This document shows, piece after piece, positions 44,601 to 56,600 of a DNA stretch of 64,000 nt. Source of the DNA: Phyllobates terribilis (Eukaryota); the NCBI RefSeq assembly GCF_046119375.1, contig NW_027362769.1, positions 89,776,001 through 89,840,000 on the forward strand. The letters are read 5' to 3'. Each line of letters opens with the position of its first letter. Position 1 is the stretch's first letter. The notes beneath the pieces are model-generated. The model saw only the letters and a list, made by a program, of their open reading frames with translations, was not told where the DNA came from and did not search any database. The position numbers and the translations under genes were made by a program.

Positions 44601-47600
44601 TATTGTATATCTCTAAATCTTACACTTTATAAAACTATTGAATTTACTTCCACACTCCAGGTGTCAACAAGTCAGGGAACAGATATTTCACCAAATGAAG
44701 GTTCAGCACTATTTACAAGAGCTACAATGGTTTGTATATAACTTTAAATTACTAAGAGTAACTGTTGTTTCAATTAAAAGAATTGTGTACCGTGTGATGA
44801 GAAACTTTTTAATAATGTACCTTCTTGAAAAAAAAAATTACATTTCCTTATGTAACGGGTCTGGGAGGCGGAACCTCTGGGCTACTATACAAGGGAGCGG
44901 TCCTTGTAAGGGAGCGGGTGGCGACCAGGCAGGCAGTCACAGCAGGTGACCGGGACAGTCTCTGGGTGTACGGGCAGGAGGTCACGGCAAGTGACCGGGG
45001 CAGTCTCTGGAAGAACGGGCTGGAGGTCACGGCAAGTGACCGGGGCAGTCTCTAGGTAAAGGGTAGGTACGACCTGTGATGGCTGAACCTCCAGGTAGGC
45101 TAGCAAGGCAGATGGAGGATGTGTGCTCCCAGGTGAGCAAGCGAGAGTCTCTGGAATAGCAGGTGGTCACAGCACGTGACGGCGGAGCCTCCAGGTAGGC
45201 AAGCAGGCAGGTAGCGGAGAAGCGCTCCCAGGTGAGCGGGCAAGAGTCTCTGGAATAGCTGGTGGTCACAGCACGTGACAGCGGAGCCTCCGGGCAGGCA
45301 AGCAGTCAGGTAGCGGAGAAGCGCTCCCAGGTGAGCTGGCAAGCTGGTCCATAAACAGACTGACCGGAGTTGTAAGGCAGACCGTCGGACCTCAGGCAAG
45401 CAGGCAGGTAGCTGATGTGCGCTCCCAGGTGAGCGGGCAAGTTGGTCCTTAGACAGACTGACCGGAGTTGTAAGGCAGACCGTCGGACCTCAGGCAGGCA
45501 GGCAGGTAACAGGAAATCAGGCAGGATTAGGACAGCAAGCTGGCAGGAATCTGGCAGGTAACTGGCAACGGGACCTGAGGGCTGAAGCAGAGTAGAACGG
45601 TGCAACAACATTGCTCGGGCACCTCCATTTTGGAGGAGGTGCCTTATATATGGTAAAGTCCTCCGGCCATTGGCCGGGGACTCCTTAGGACGGCGCGCGC
45701 GGCCCCTTTAAGAGGGAGGGAGGGCGGGCGCGCGCGTGCGCGCTGCCGGCAGAGCGGGAGAGGGACGCCGGGCACGGAGCAGAGCGGTGAGGGGAACAGC
45801 GTCCCTGCCTAGCAGAGGGCAGGGACGCCGGCACTACAGTACCCCCCCCTTTAGGCCCCCCCTTTTTTAGGCCAGATAGAAATTTAGCTAGGATGAGAGG
45901 GGCATTTCTCCCGGGGCTCCCACGTTCTCTCCTCAGGACCAAACCCCTTCCAATCTACCAGAAAAAAGGTCTTTCCTCTTACCCTTTTGGTGGCAAGAAT
46001 GTTCTCTACCTCAAACTCGTCTTCAGCAGAAACCGGAGCAGGAGGCGTACCTGTAGACTTGGAAAAAGAGTTAAGTACCACGGGTTTGAGGAGAGATACA
46101 TGGAAGGAGTTAGGGATCCGTAAGTTGGCCGGGAGTTTCAATTTATAGGCCACCGGGTTGATCTGACTGAAGACCTCCAGAGGACCGATGAACCGAGGCC
46201 CTAACTTGTAAGAAGGTATCTTGAGTCGAACATATTTAGATGAGAGCCAGACTTTATCTCCTGGACGAAATTGTGGAGGATCCAGGCGTTTTTTGTCAGC
46301 GTGTCTTTTCATACGCTCGGATGACAGAAGGAGTGCGGACCGGGTACTCTCCCATATGGAGGAAAATTTGCTAACGAGAGATTCCGCAGCCGGGTTGTCC
46401 ACAGAGGTGGAGACAGGAAAAGGAATCCGAGGATGCTGACCAAAGACTACAAAAAACGGGGATTTGGAGGAGGATTCGCTCTCGTGATTATTATAAGAGA
46501 ACTCGGCCCATGGTAGGAGATCCACCCAGTCAGAATGGTGGGCATTAACGAAGTGCCGGAGGTAACTGGTCAGGTTCTGATTGATCCGCTCCACTTGACC
46601 ATTGGACTGTGGGTGGTAAGCGGAAGAGAAGTCCAGGGTGACGTCTAGTAGTTTACAAGTGGCTCTCCAGAAACGTGAGGTGAACTGTACCCCATGATCC
46701 GACACGATGTGGAGGGGCAGGCCATGAAGACGAAAGATGTGGCGGATAAAGTCTTTAGCCAGCTCGGGTGCAGACGGAAGGCCTGGCAGGGGAATAAAGT
46801 GAGCCATCTTGGAAAAGCGGTCAGCGACCACCCAAATGACCGTACAACCGGCAGAGACGGGGAGATCAGTTATAAAGTCCATTGCTATATGCTGCCAGGG
46901 GGCAGCAGGTACAGGAAGCGGAAGGAGGCGTCCGGCTGGCAGATGTCTCGGGACTTTGTTGCGGGCGCAGGACACACAGGCAGAAACAAAGTCTATTATG
47001 TCCTTGTGCAGGGTAGGCCACCAATAGTGCCGGGCAATAAGCTGGAGGGTCTTTTTCTGACCGGCGTGGCCAGCTAGTTTAGACGAATGGCCCCAGTGTA
47101 GGATCTTCTCCCGATCAGGTACTGAAACAAACGTCTTACCGGGAGGGAGACGATTTAGACTCACGGGAGCCACCTGCATTACTCTGGCGGGATCGATGAT
47201 ATGTTTAGGTTCTTCCTCGAGATCGGACACCAGAAAGGATCGGGACAAGGCGTCTGCTTTGACGTTTTTGTCAGCCGGGCGAAAATGAAGAACAAAATCA
47301 AAGCGAGCAAAAAACAAGGACCACCGGGCTTGGCGCGGGTTAAGTCTCTGGGCATGCTGGAGGTAAGCCAAGTTCTTGTGGTCAGTGTAAATTATTACCG
47401 GATGAAGAGCCCCCTCGAGTAGGTAACGCCACTCCTCCAACGCCAGCTTGATGGCCAATAACTCTCGGTCTCCTATGGAATAGTTGCGCTCAGAAGAGGA
47501 GAAGAGTTTGGAGAAGAAGCCACAAGTTACCATTCTCCCGGAAGATGATTTTTGAGTAAGTACCGCTCCGGCTCCAGAGGAGGAGGCGTCAACTTCCAGG

Positions 47601-50600
47601 AAGAACTGCTTGTTGCCGTCCGGGCGATGCAGCACCGGGGCGGAAGAGAAGGCCTGTTTTAGGGAAAGAAAGGCCTCCTCTGCTTCGGGCGGCCACTCTT
47701 TGGGATTAGTACCCTTACGGGTGAGCGCGGAAATTGGGGCAGTCCGGGAAGAGAAGTGTGGGATGAAGAGGCGGTAATAGTTGGCGAAGCCCAGGAACCG
47801 TTGAATAGCCTTCAACCCCTCTGGTCGGGGCCATTTCTCGATGGCAGACAGTTTCTCAGGATCCATTTGTAGGCCGGTCTGAGAGATAATGTAGCCCAGA
47901 AACGGAAGCGAGGTCTACTCAAAGAGGCACTTCTCATATTTAGCGTAGAGATGGTTCTGCCTGAGCAGGATCTGACGAACATCCCTCCGGTGAGTCTGGA
48001 GATCCGGAGAGAAGACCAAGATGTCGTCCAGGTACACCACTACGCAGGAGTAGAGAAGGTCCCGGAAGATGTCATTGACCAACTCTTGAAAGACGGCAGG
48101 AGCGTTACAGAGGCCAAAGGGCATTACCAGATATTCATAGTGGCCGTCCCGGGTGTTGAATGCCGTCTTCCATTCATCCCCCTGACTGATACGAACCAGG
48201 TTGTACGCCCCACGGAGGTCCAGTTTGGTGAAGATTCTAGCCCCCCTCAGACGATCAAATAACTCCGGAATGAGCGGAAGGGGGTACTTATTCTTCACCG
48301 TGATCTGGTTAAGGCCTCTATAGTCTATACAGGGACGGAGAGAGCCGTCCTTCTTTTTGACGAAAAAGAAGCCTGCTCCCGCCGGGGAGGTAGATTTCCG
48401 GATGAATCCCCTGGCCAGATTCTCCTCAATATATTCGGACATCGACCGGGTCTCAGCAGCGGATAATGGATAAATACGCCCACGGGGAGGAGAAGTACCA
48501 GGTAACAGGTCGATAGGGCAGTCGTATGGTCTATGAGGGGGTAGTGTCTCTGCCTCCTTTTTATTAAAGACATCAGCATAAGACCAATAAGGAATCGGAA
48601 GTCCAGGTAGATTAGCTGGGGTAGGAGAAGGACGGACGGGATGAACGGGAACCAGACAGGTCTTATGGCAGCCCTGTCCCCAGCGAAGGACTTCTCCGGT
48701 CTGCCAGTCAAGAACGGGTGCATGTTTCTGGAGCCAAGGTAGGCCTAGCAAGAGGGCGTGAGAGAGTCCAGGCAGAACATGGAAGGAGATACTTTCAGAA
48801 TGCAGCATTCCCACCTGCAGAGTAATGGATTCGGTGATGAGTTGGATGGGGTGTGGTAAGAGCCCCCCATCCACGGCAGCAACAGACAAGGGTACAGCCA
48901 GAGGTTTGGTGGGGATGCGGTATTTCTCTACCAGGGACTGTGAAATAAGATTCCCGGCTGCTCCAGAGTCCAGTTGGGCTAGTTCGAAATAACGGTTCTC
49001 CCCGTAGACGATTGAAACTGACAACAGCAGGGATGGAGAGGATTTATTCTTGTCTAGGTGGACCTCTCTGAGCGAACCTAGACACAGGCGTTTCCCGACC
49101 TCTCCGGGCAGGCACGGATCCGGTGCTCCTTACTGCCACAGTAGAAGCAGGTCCCCTCGGCACGGCGTAAGTCCTGACGGGTCTTGACCATCTTGGTCTG
49201 GTCGACCTGCATAGGCTCAGGAGGGTGTACCTGGTTAGAGACAGAAGGAGTGACGGGTTTCTGAAAAGTAGGAGCTAGACGTGGTAACCTCCTCTCACGG
49301 GTGACCTCTCTGGCACGCTCCTGGAACCGTAGGTCAATCCGGGTGGCAAGAGTTATTAAGTCATCGAGAGTGGTAGGAATGTCCCGATCGGCAAGTTCAT
49401 CTTTAATACGGCCGGACAGACCCTCCCAGAAGACGGAAACCAGAGCGTCGTTATCCCAGGCCAGCTCCGAGGCAAGGGTACGGAACCGTATGGCATATTG
49501 GCCCACGGTGAGACTTTCCTGACGGAGGCGTAGCAACGATGATGCGGATGAGGTCTTCCGTCCGGGTTCGTCGAAGACTTTCCGGAAAGCCGTGAGAAAA
49601 GCAGGCAAATTGGACACCAGGGGGTCTCCTCTCTCCCATAGAGGATTTAGCCAGGCCAGGGCCTCCCCGGTGAGATGGGACATGATGAATGCAATTTTGG
49701 CTCGGTCGGAGTTAAACTGGTGGGACAATAGTTCAAAGTGCAGGGTGCACTGATTTATGAAGCCCCGAGCCTGGGCTGAGTCGCCTCCGAAGCGAGGAGG
49801 TGCAGAAAGCCGAGGTCCGGGGTAGGATATCATGGTGTTAGTGGACAGCGGAGCTGCCGGATTGCGAGACATGGCACTGGCGGAGGTTGTTGGTGGAACA
49901 GTCAGAGTGTCCAGGCGAGTATTGACATTCCGCAGGTGACCCAGGATGGACTCCTGTTGGGACCTTTGACGGGACAGTTCATGACACAGGTCCGAGAGCG
50001 AGGGAGCTTGGGTGCCACCGGGTTCCATGGCCCGAGCAAACTGTAACGGGTCTGGGAGGCGGAACCTCTGGGCTACTATACAAGGGAGCGGTCCTTGTAA
50101 GGGAGCGGGTGGCGACCAGGCAGGCAGTCACAGCAGGTGACCGGGACAGTCTCTGGGTGTACGGGCAGGAGGTCACGGCAAGTGATCAGGGCAGTCTCTG
50201 GAAGAACGGGCTGGAGGTCACGGCAAGTGACCGGGGCAGTCTCTGGAAGAACGGGCTGGAGGTCACGGCAAGTGACCGGGGCAGTCTCTAGGTAAAGGGT
50301 AGGTACGACCTGTGATGGCTGAACCTCCAGGTAGGCTAGCAAGGCAGATGGAGGATGTGTGCTCCCAGGTGAGCAAGCGAGAGTCTCTGGAATAGCAGGT
50401 GGTCACAGCACGTGACGGCGGAGCCTCCAGGTAGGCAAGCAGGCAGGTAGCGGAGAAGCGCTCCCAGGTGAGCGGGCAAGAGTCTCTGGAATAGCTGGTG
50501 GTCACAGCACGTGACAGCGGAGCCTCCGGGCAGGCAAGCAGGCAGGTAGCGGAGAAGCGCTCCCAGGTGAGCGGGCAAGCTGGTCCATAGACAGACTGAC

Positions 50601-53600
50601 CGGAGTTGTAAGGCAGACCGTCGGACCTCAGGCAAGCAGGCAGGTAGCTGATGTGCGCTCCCAGGTGAGCGGGCAAGTTGGTCCTTAGACAGACTGACCG
50701 GAGTTGTAAGGCAGACCGTCGGACCTCAGGCAGGCAGGCAGGTAACAGGAAATCAGGCAGGATTAGGACAGCAAGCTGGCAGGAATCTGGCAGGTAACTG
50801 GCAACGGGACCTGAGGGCTGAAGCAGAGTAGAACGGTGCAACAACATTGCTCGGGCACCTCCATTTTGGAGGAGGTGCCTTATATATGGTAAAGTCCTCC
50901 GGCCATTGGCCGGGGACTCCTTAGGACGGCGCGCGCGGCCCCTTTAAGAGGGAGGGAGGGCGGGCGCGCGCGCGCGCCCTAAGCACAGTGGCCGGGAAGG
51001 AGCGCGCGCTGCCGGCAGAGCGGGAGAGGGACGCCGGGCACGGAGCAGAGCGGTGAGGGGAACAGCGTCCCTGCCTAGCAGAGGGCAGGGACGCCGGCAC
51101 TACACCTTAGAAAGCAAAAAAATGAGAAAAAGCAATTCAATCTATTACACACTGTTCAATGCGCACCATTCACCGCGATCTGTCTGATTAAACAGGCTAT
51201 TAAACGATTGGTACATTTTTACCAAATGGCGTTCGTTTAATGCCACCAGTTGGTCCATGTAAACAGACCACAGGGGAACTTATTGGCTCCCGTACAAACG
51301 CCTTGGCCGGGAGCTTAAATGGCGCTTTCAGTGATTGACAGCGGCATTTAAGAAGTTAACAGTTGCAGTCGGCGGTAGTGCTGATTGCTGCTGTCAAAGG
51401 CAGATGCCAGCCATGTAATATAGCCGGCATCTGCATTGTGTGGAGTGGACTCTGCTCCTGAGCCCATTCCAAACACCCTGATACGCTTCATGATATAATA
51501 GTGTGTCATAAAGCATTAAGGGGGTTAAGACCTTTTGGGGAGTGTGGTGTGTGAAATAACTGAAAAAGTTAATTAATAAAAACGGTAAGTGTAAAAAAAA
51601 AAAAAAAAATAGAATTGTTGTTTCTAGCTCGCTTCTGTCGAAACAAAAGATGTCCAATATCTAAAAATAATTTCTAAGGCAAAGGAAATATAGTTTTGAA
51701 TATTTTTTAGTGAACCTTTATGGTTGTAAAAAAAAGAACAATATGAAAACTAGACATGTATTTCCTATTTTTTTTTATATTTTTCCCCTGATATCCGCAA
51801 AAGAAAAATAAAGGGATATAAAAATTAAGTAAATCCCGTGCTGTAATGTCTGTATACTCTTTTGCTTTCCCCCTGCCCAGGAGATGTGGTATGATCAGAC
51901 CATGTTCCTGTACGGTCAGACGCAGCCATTACACAGGACACAGCAGGGGCACATTTATAAGATTATCTCAGCACAGGAACATTATATTTAAACATATTCA
52001 ATTGTGGAAGTTATTATTATTCCAAGATCTAGTAATTAAAATGAACTCTTGTTTATGGGAAAACCCCTTTAAGCATATGCTGAATGTCTCAGTGCTTGCA
52101 TCCTGGACAGGATAGTGTGCACTGCACCATTGATTAAATTTCTAATAATTGTTTTAGTCAATAATAAAAGCAAAGTTTTATTTCTAAATAGTTGACTACA
52201 AAAATGGTGTAGAATGGGCATAAAGGGTATATTTTGACCATTGGAAACAGTTACCTTGTAGGTAACTGCCCATTCCCTAGAGAGGCTTCAACGTGTTCCT
52301 CTCTATACAACAATTCTAAGCTTTGTTGGTGAAAAATTCAGAATCCAAGTGAGATAATGACCAGAAATTTTATTATTTCTCACACATGACAGCTTATTCT
52401 GTAGTCAATGGAAACGCCAGCTTCTATATGAAATTATTATATTGTATGCCTTTTTTAATTTATAAATGGATCTGTTCTTGCCATACAGCGATGCTGCGTG
52501 GACACCCCTGGAGCTTCCATCTCTGATTGTGGAGCACCTTCCCACATGGAAGCAATGCATCTTTTGGAAAGTTGTTATTGCCCTCCCTGAAGTTAATGGT
52601 CATGATGATCCTACAAAGTAAGTAAATAGTTGCGTTATACACCAAATAATAGCTGACAAAACACTCTTATTAATACAGTTCATTCTCTGTATTGCAGCGC
52701 TCTGTCAGAGTGGTTAAAGGCCAAGTTCAGTTTTGCAGGTGTCAGGCCTGAGGATGAACACAAGCAGCAAGTTCAGACACTTGCACTGTACAGCTCCTTA
52801 GAGTCTCAAGGAGGATGCCCAGTTCGAGTGAATGTTTGTGTAAAGGTGAGGCCGTCAGATGGGCATCAGATGTATATTGGAATTGCCCAGGAAATCTGAA
52901 AAAAAAAATAATATTAATTAGGGTCAGTGATTCAAAATTGGGTTTCTCCGTGAATAATAATAATAAAAAAAATGATAAATAAATTCCTAAGCACCAACTT
53001 AAATTAGCAAGCCCCACTTTCTTTATCGCTTCGTTGGGGGACACAGGACCATGGGTGTATGCTGCTGTCGCTAGGAGGTTGACACTAACCAAAAAAAGAA
53101 ATAACTCCTCCTCCGCAGTATGCACCCACCTACAGGCACCAAGCTCTCCAGTTTAAGCTTAGTGTCTGTAGGAGGTAGACCTGGATCTTTACAGATCCAA
53201 CCCTGTTGTGTTTATTAACCTTTCTTTTTTTCTTTTTCAGATACTGCTCTTCAGGCTAACAGAATACATTGCGTCCCCTGTTAACCCACTAGCGACTGAG
53301 AGAGCAATGTGGCTACCCTCACATTGCCCAATCTCGGACCCACTGGGCAGGACTTATCCCCTGTCACCTTAGGGTGTCTCAGGGTGATCTCGGTGGCCAG
53401 TCCTAGCCTGTTCCCCACCCCAGCCCCCTCCTCAGAGCGGCCTGGGAGGGAGACGGTGGTCCCTGCGGGTGACCTTCCCCCAGTTTTCTGGGGTTGACAC
53501 CGTCTCCTGCACTGTCCAGGACCGGACAGTGCGGGAAGGAGGAAAAGCCAGGATCCCCCCCCTAGCCAGGAAGGCATCATGAGACTATCCTCAGAAGGAG

Positions 53601-56600
53601 AAAGGAAGGGACGGTTCCCGGACCCGCTAAGACAGGTACTTCCCTGTCTTCTAGCTGCAGGTCCCACTCCCCCGGCGTTACCTGCCGCCCTCCCCCCTCC
53701 CCTCTCACCAAACATGGCGCTTAACAGCGCTTCCCTGGGCCACTTCCTCCTTCTCCTTCATAATGCGCGGCAAATCTGCCATTCTTTTCTCCGTCGGGAG
53801 GGGGGGTGTGTCCGGTGGGCGGTCCCGCTCCGATGCCTATACGCCCCCTCCTTTTTGACCAACCAGGGCCGAGGAGCATAGTGACTCTTCCGTCACGCCC
53901 TCGTGCCTTCTGCGGACCTATCACGGCAGGCCTCCCAAGCCCGCCCCCCCCCCCATCTACCTATCGGAGCCTCGTCACGCTCCGTCATCAACTCTGCGTC
54001 CTCTGCACCGACGCCATCTCTGCCGCACGCAGCTCCCCGCTCCGTCGGCACCTATTGACCCGCGCCAGCCTCACCTTCGGAGCCTTCAGGGGGACACGGG
54101 ACCGCTTCTCTACAGGATCGGGTAGGCTCTGTCCTGACACCGACTCCCCTGCTCACAGCGCTCCCCTCTGCAGTATCCCTGGTCAGGCACATATGCCCAA
54201 ACCCAGGGAGCCCTCAGTCCGTCCCTCTCACATCGTCACATACTACGCCTGTGCTCTTTGCGGTACTAAGTGGCCCGCGGGTCTCACTACGGCCTTCTGC
54301 TCGACCTGCAAACCTCCCGCCATGCTGGCACCCCAAGATCCCCCCGCCGCTCAGGACGTGGTAACCTCCTCCCCTCTGGAGTGGGCTGTTGCTATGTCAC
54401 AGTCTGTCTCTGACCTCACCAAGGTTTCTCAATCTCTGGTGCAGGTCTTAGAACGCTTGCCAGAACGTTTGCCTACGTTATCCACGGCCACCAGCGCTCC
54501 GAATGTCCCCACAGACGATTCGCAGGCACCCCTGCCCCTTCCTCACAGGGGCAGACTGACGGCACGTTCTCAGAAACGGACCTACGCAAGCTCATCCTCC
54601 AGCTCTCCAGACTCCAAGATGCTCCCTGCATCTCACACCTCTTCCCCGGAGGTCGCCCCGGATCTAACTGTGCTTCAGATTCAGACTCTGGTTCCGATGC
54701 AGACCAGTATTCCAAGGTCCAGGACATGATAGAGAGCCTTATAACGGCTGTCAATCAGACTCTGCATGTTACAGAAGACGAGAGCCCTTCCCGGGACTAC
54801 TCAGTTTCCTTCAAAAAGATTAAGCGTCCTGCACGCACTTTTTCTAACCAAGCAGAATTTGACAGCGTTTTTCAAAAGCAGTGGGAGCATCCAGAAAAGC
54901 GCTTTACAGGAAAGAAACAGTTAAACATCCTATACCCCTTTAACCATGACCTTGTCAACAAATGGACGGAGTCCCCATCTGTGGATCCTCCCGTCTCTCG
55001 CCTTTCCGCCAAGACGGTACTGTCTCTTCCGGATCGTTCCTCCCTTAAGGATACCACGGATAGACAGGTTGAGGCCCTCACCAAGTCAGCGTTTGAGGCT
55101 GCGGGCACCTCCTTCTGCCCTTCCTTCGCCTCAACTTGGGTATCAAAAGCAGTGTCCGCATGGGCCAAACAGCTCAGACAGGGCATCCTAGCAGGCGCCT
55201 CCCCGGACGATCTGGCCGACTTAGCTGATCAGATCGGCCATTCTGGAAAATATCTACTTACGGCGTCCCTCGACTCCGCTGCATGCTCAGCCCGGGTTTC
55301 CAGTAATCTCGTTGCCTTACGTAGAATTCTTTGGCTTAAAGCCTGGAACGCCGACCCGGCTTCCAAAAGATCTCTAACTAATCTTCCTTTTCAAGGTTCC
55401 AGGCTGTTTGGATCCAAGCTAGATCAGATCATCTCCGATGCTACTGGGGGTAAGAGCACCTCTCTCCCCCAGCCCAGACCCAAACGCCCTTTTCCTAGGA
55501 GACGCCCCCTTCAATTCCGGTCCTTTCGTCAGTTCGCTCAACCGAACCCCTCCTCCCAACTGGACCATACTCCAGCACAGCGGGACAGTCGTAGACCTTC
55601 CTTTAGGCCCACGCCTAACCGGCGCCCAAAGAGTCGCTCCTCCCAAGTCCTCTGGATCACGATCACGATCCAACAGGTTTTCCTCAACATGACGGGTCAC
55701 TCCCACCTGGGACTTCTCCCAGGGTGGGCGGCCGTCTCCTTCTGTTCAGATTCTTGGCTCCCGGCAATAGAAGATGCCTGGGTAAAAGAAATTGTGACTT
55801 CCGGCTACAAAATCGAGTTTGATTCCAGCCCACGATCACGCTTTCTCAGGTCCCGCCCCCCACCAACCATCTTCTTCCTGGTTTCCTCCAAGCCATCACC
55901 TCCCTTCTACGCTCAGGAGTCATAGTCCCGGTTCCCGTTCAGGAAAGGTTTTCCGGTTTTTACTCAAATCTCTTCGTCGTCCAAAAAAGGACGGCTCACT
56001 ACGTCCGATTCTGGACCTCAAACAGCTAAACCGACATGTACGCATCCGACAGTTCAGGATGGAGTCCCTCAGGTCGGTAATCGCCTCAATGGAGGCCGGG
56101 GAATATCTATGTTCAGTGGACATTCAGGATGCATACCTTCACATCCCAATCTGCGCGTCACATCAGAAGTTCCTACGCTTTTCCTTCAAGAACGCACATT
56201 ACCAGTTCACTGCCCTCCCCTTCGGCCTCGCCACAGCCCCGAGGGTTTTCACGAAGATGATGGCGACAGTTATGACCATTCTTCGAACAAGGGGAATTGT
56301 AATCATCCCCTACCTCGACGACCTGTTAATCAAAGGCCCCACATTCAAGGACTGTCTCCACAGCCTCCAGATCACCTTGAACACTCTCTCCTGGTTAGGC
56401 TGGCTAATCAACACGGACAAATCCTCCCTGGTCCCATGCCAACGCCTAACCTTCCTAGGGATGCAGTTCGACACGACCCGTGCCCGGGTCCTCCTTCCGA
56501 GGGAAAAGATAAACTCCCTACGACAAGCAATCCACATCCTCTCCGACCCAGGTCCACACTCCCTTCGCCTATGCATGAGTGTCCTGGGAAAGATGGTAGC

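Larger units (their letters stand above)
44851..51104 (-). mobile_element. Full-length Ty3/Gypsy chromovirus LTR retrotransposon (Tf1/sushi group), 6254 bp, antisense in the intron after MCM3AP coding exon 18
   Basis: TG...CA LTRs; 5-bp TSD CCTTA (44846-44850 and 51105-51109); PPT at about 45839-45862; gag-PR-RT-RH-INT-chromodomain order. Confidence 0.97.

Noticed and set aside
46221-48723. Antisense and alternative-frame ORFs over the chromovirus pol and DIRS ORFs
   Set aside because: Shadow ORFs expected in GC-rich coding DNA.
50263-50847. 194-aa and other ORFs within the LTRs (also 45027..45611)
   Set aside because: They are translations of 99-bp tandem repeats duplicated in both LTRs; no domain is recognisable.
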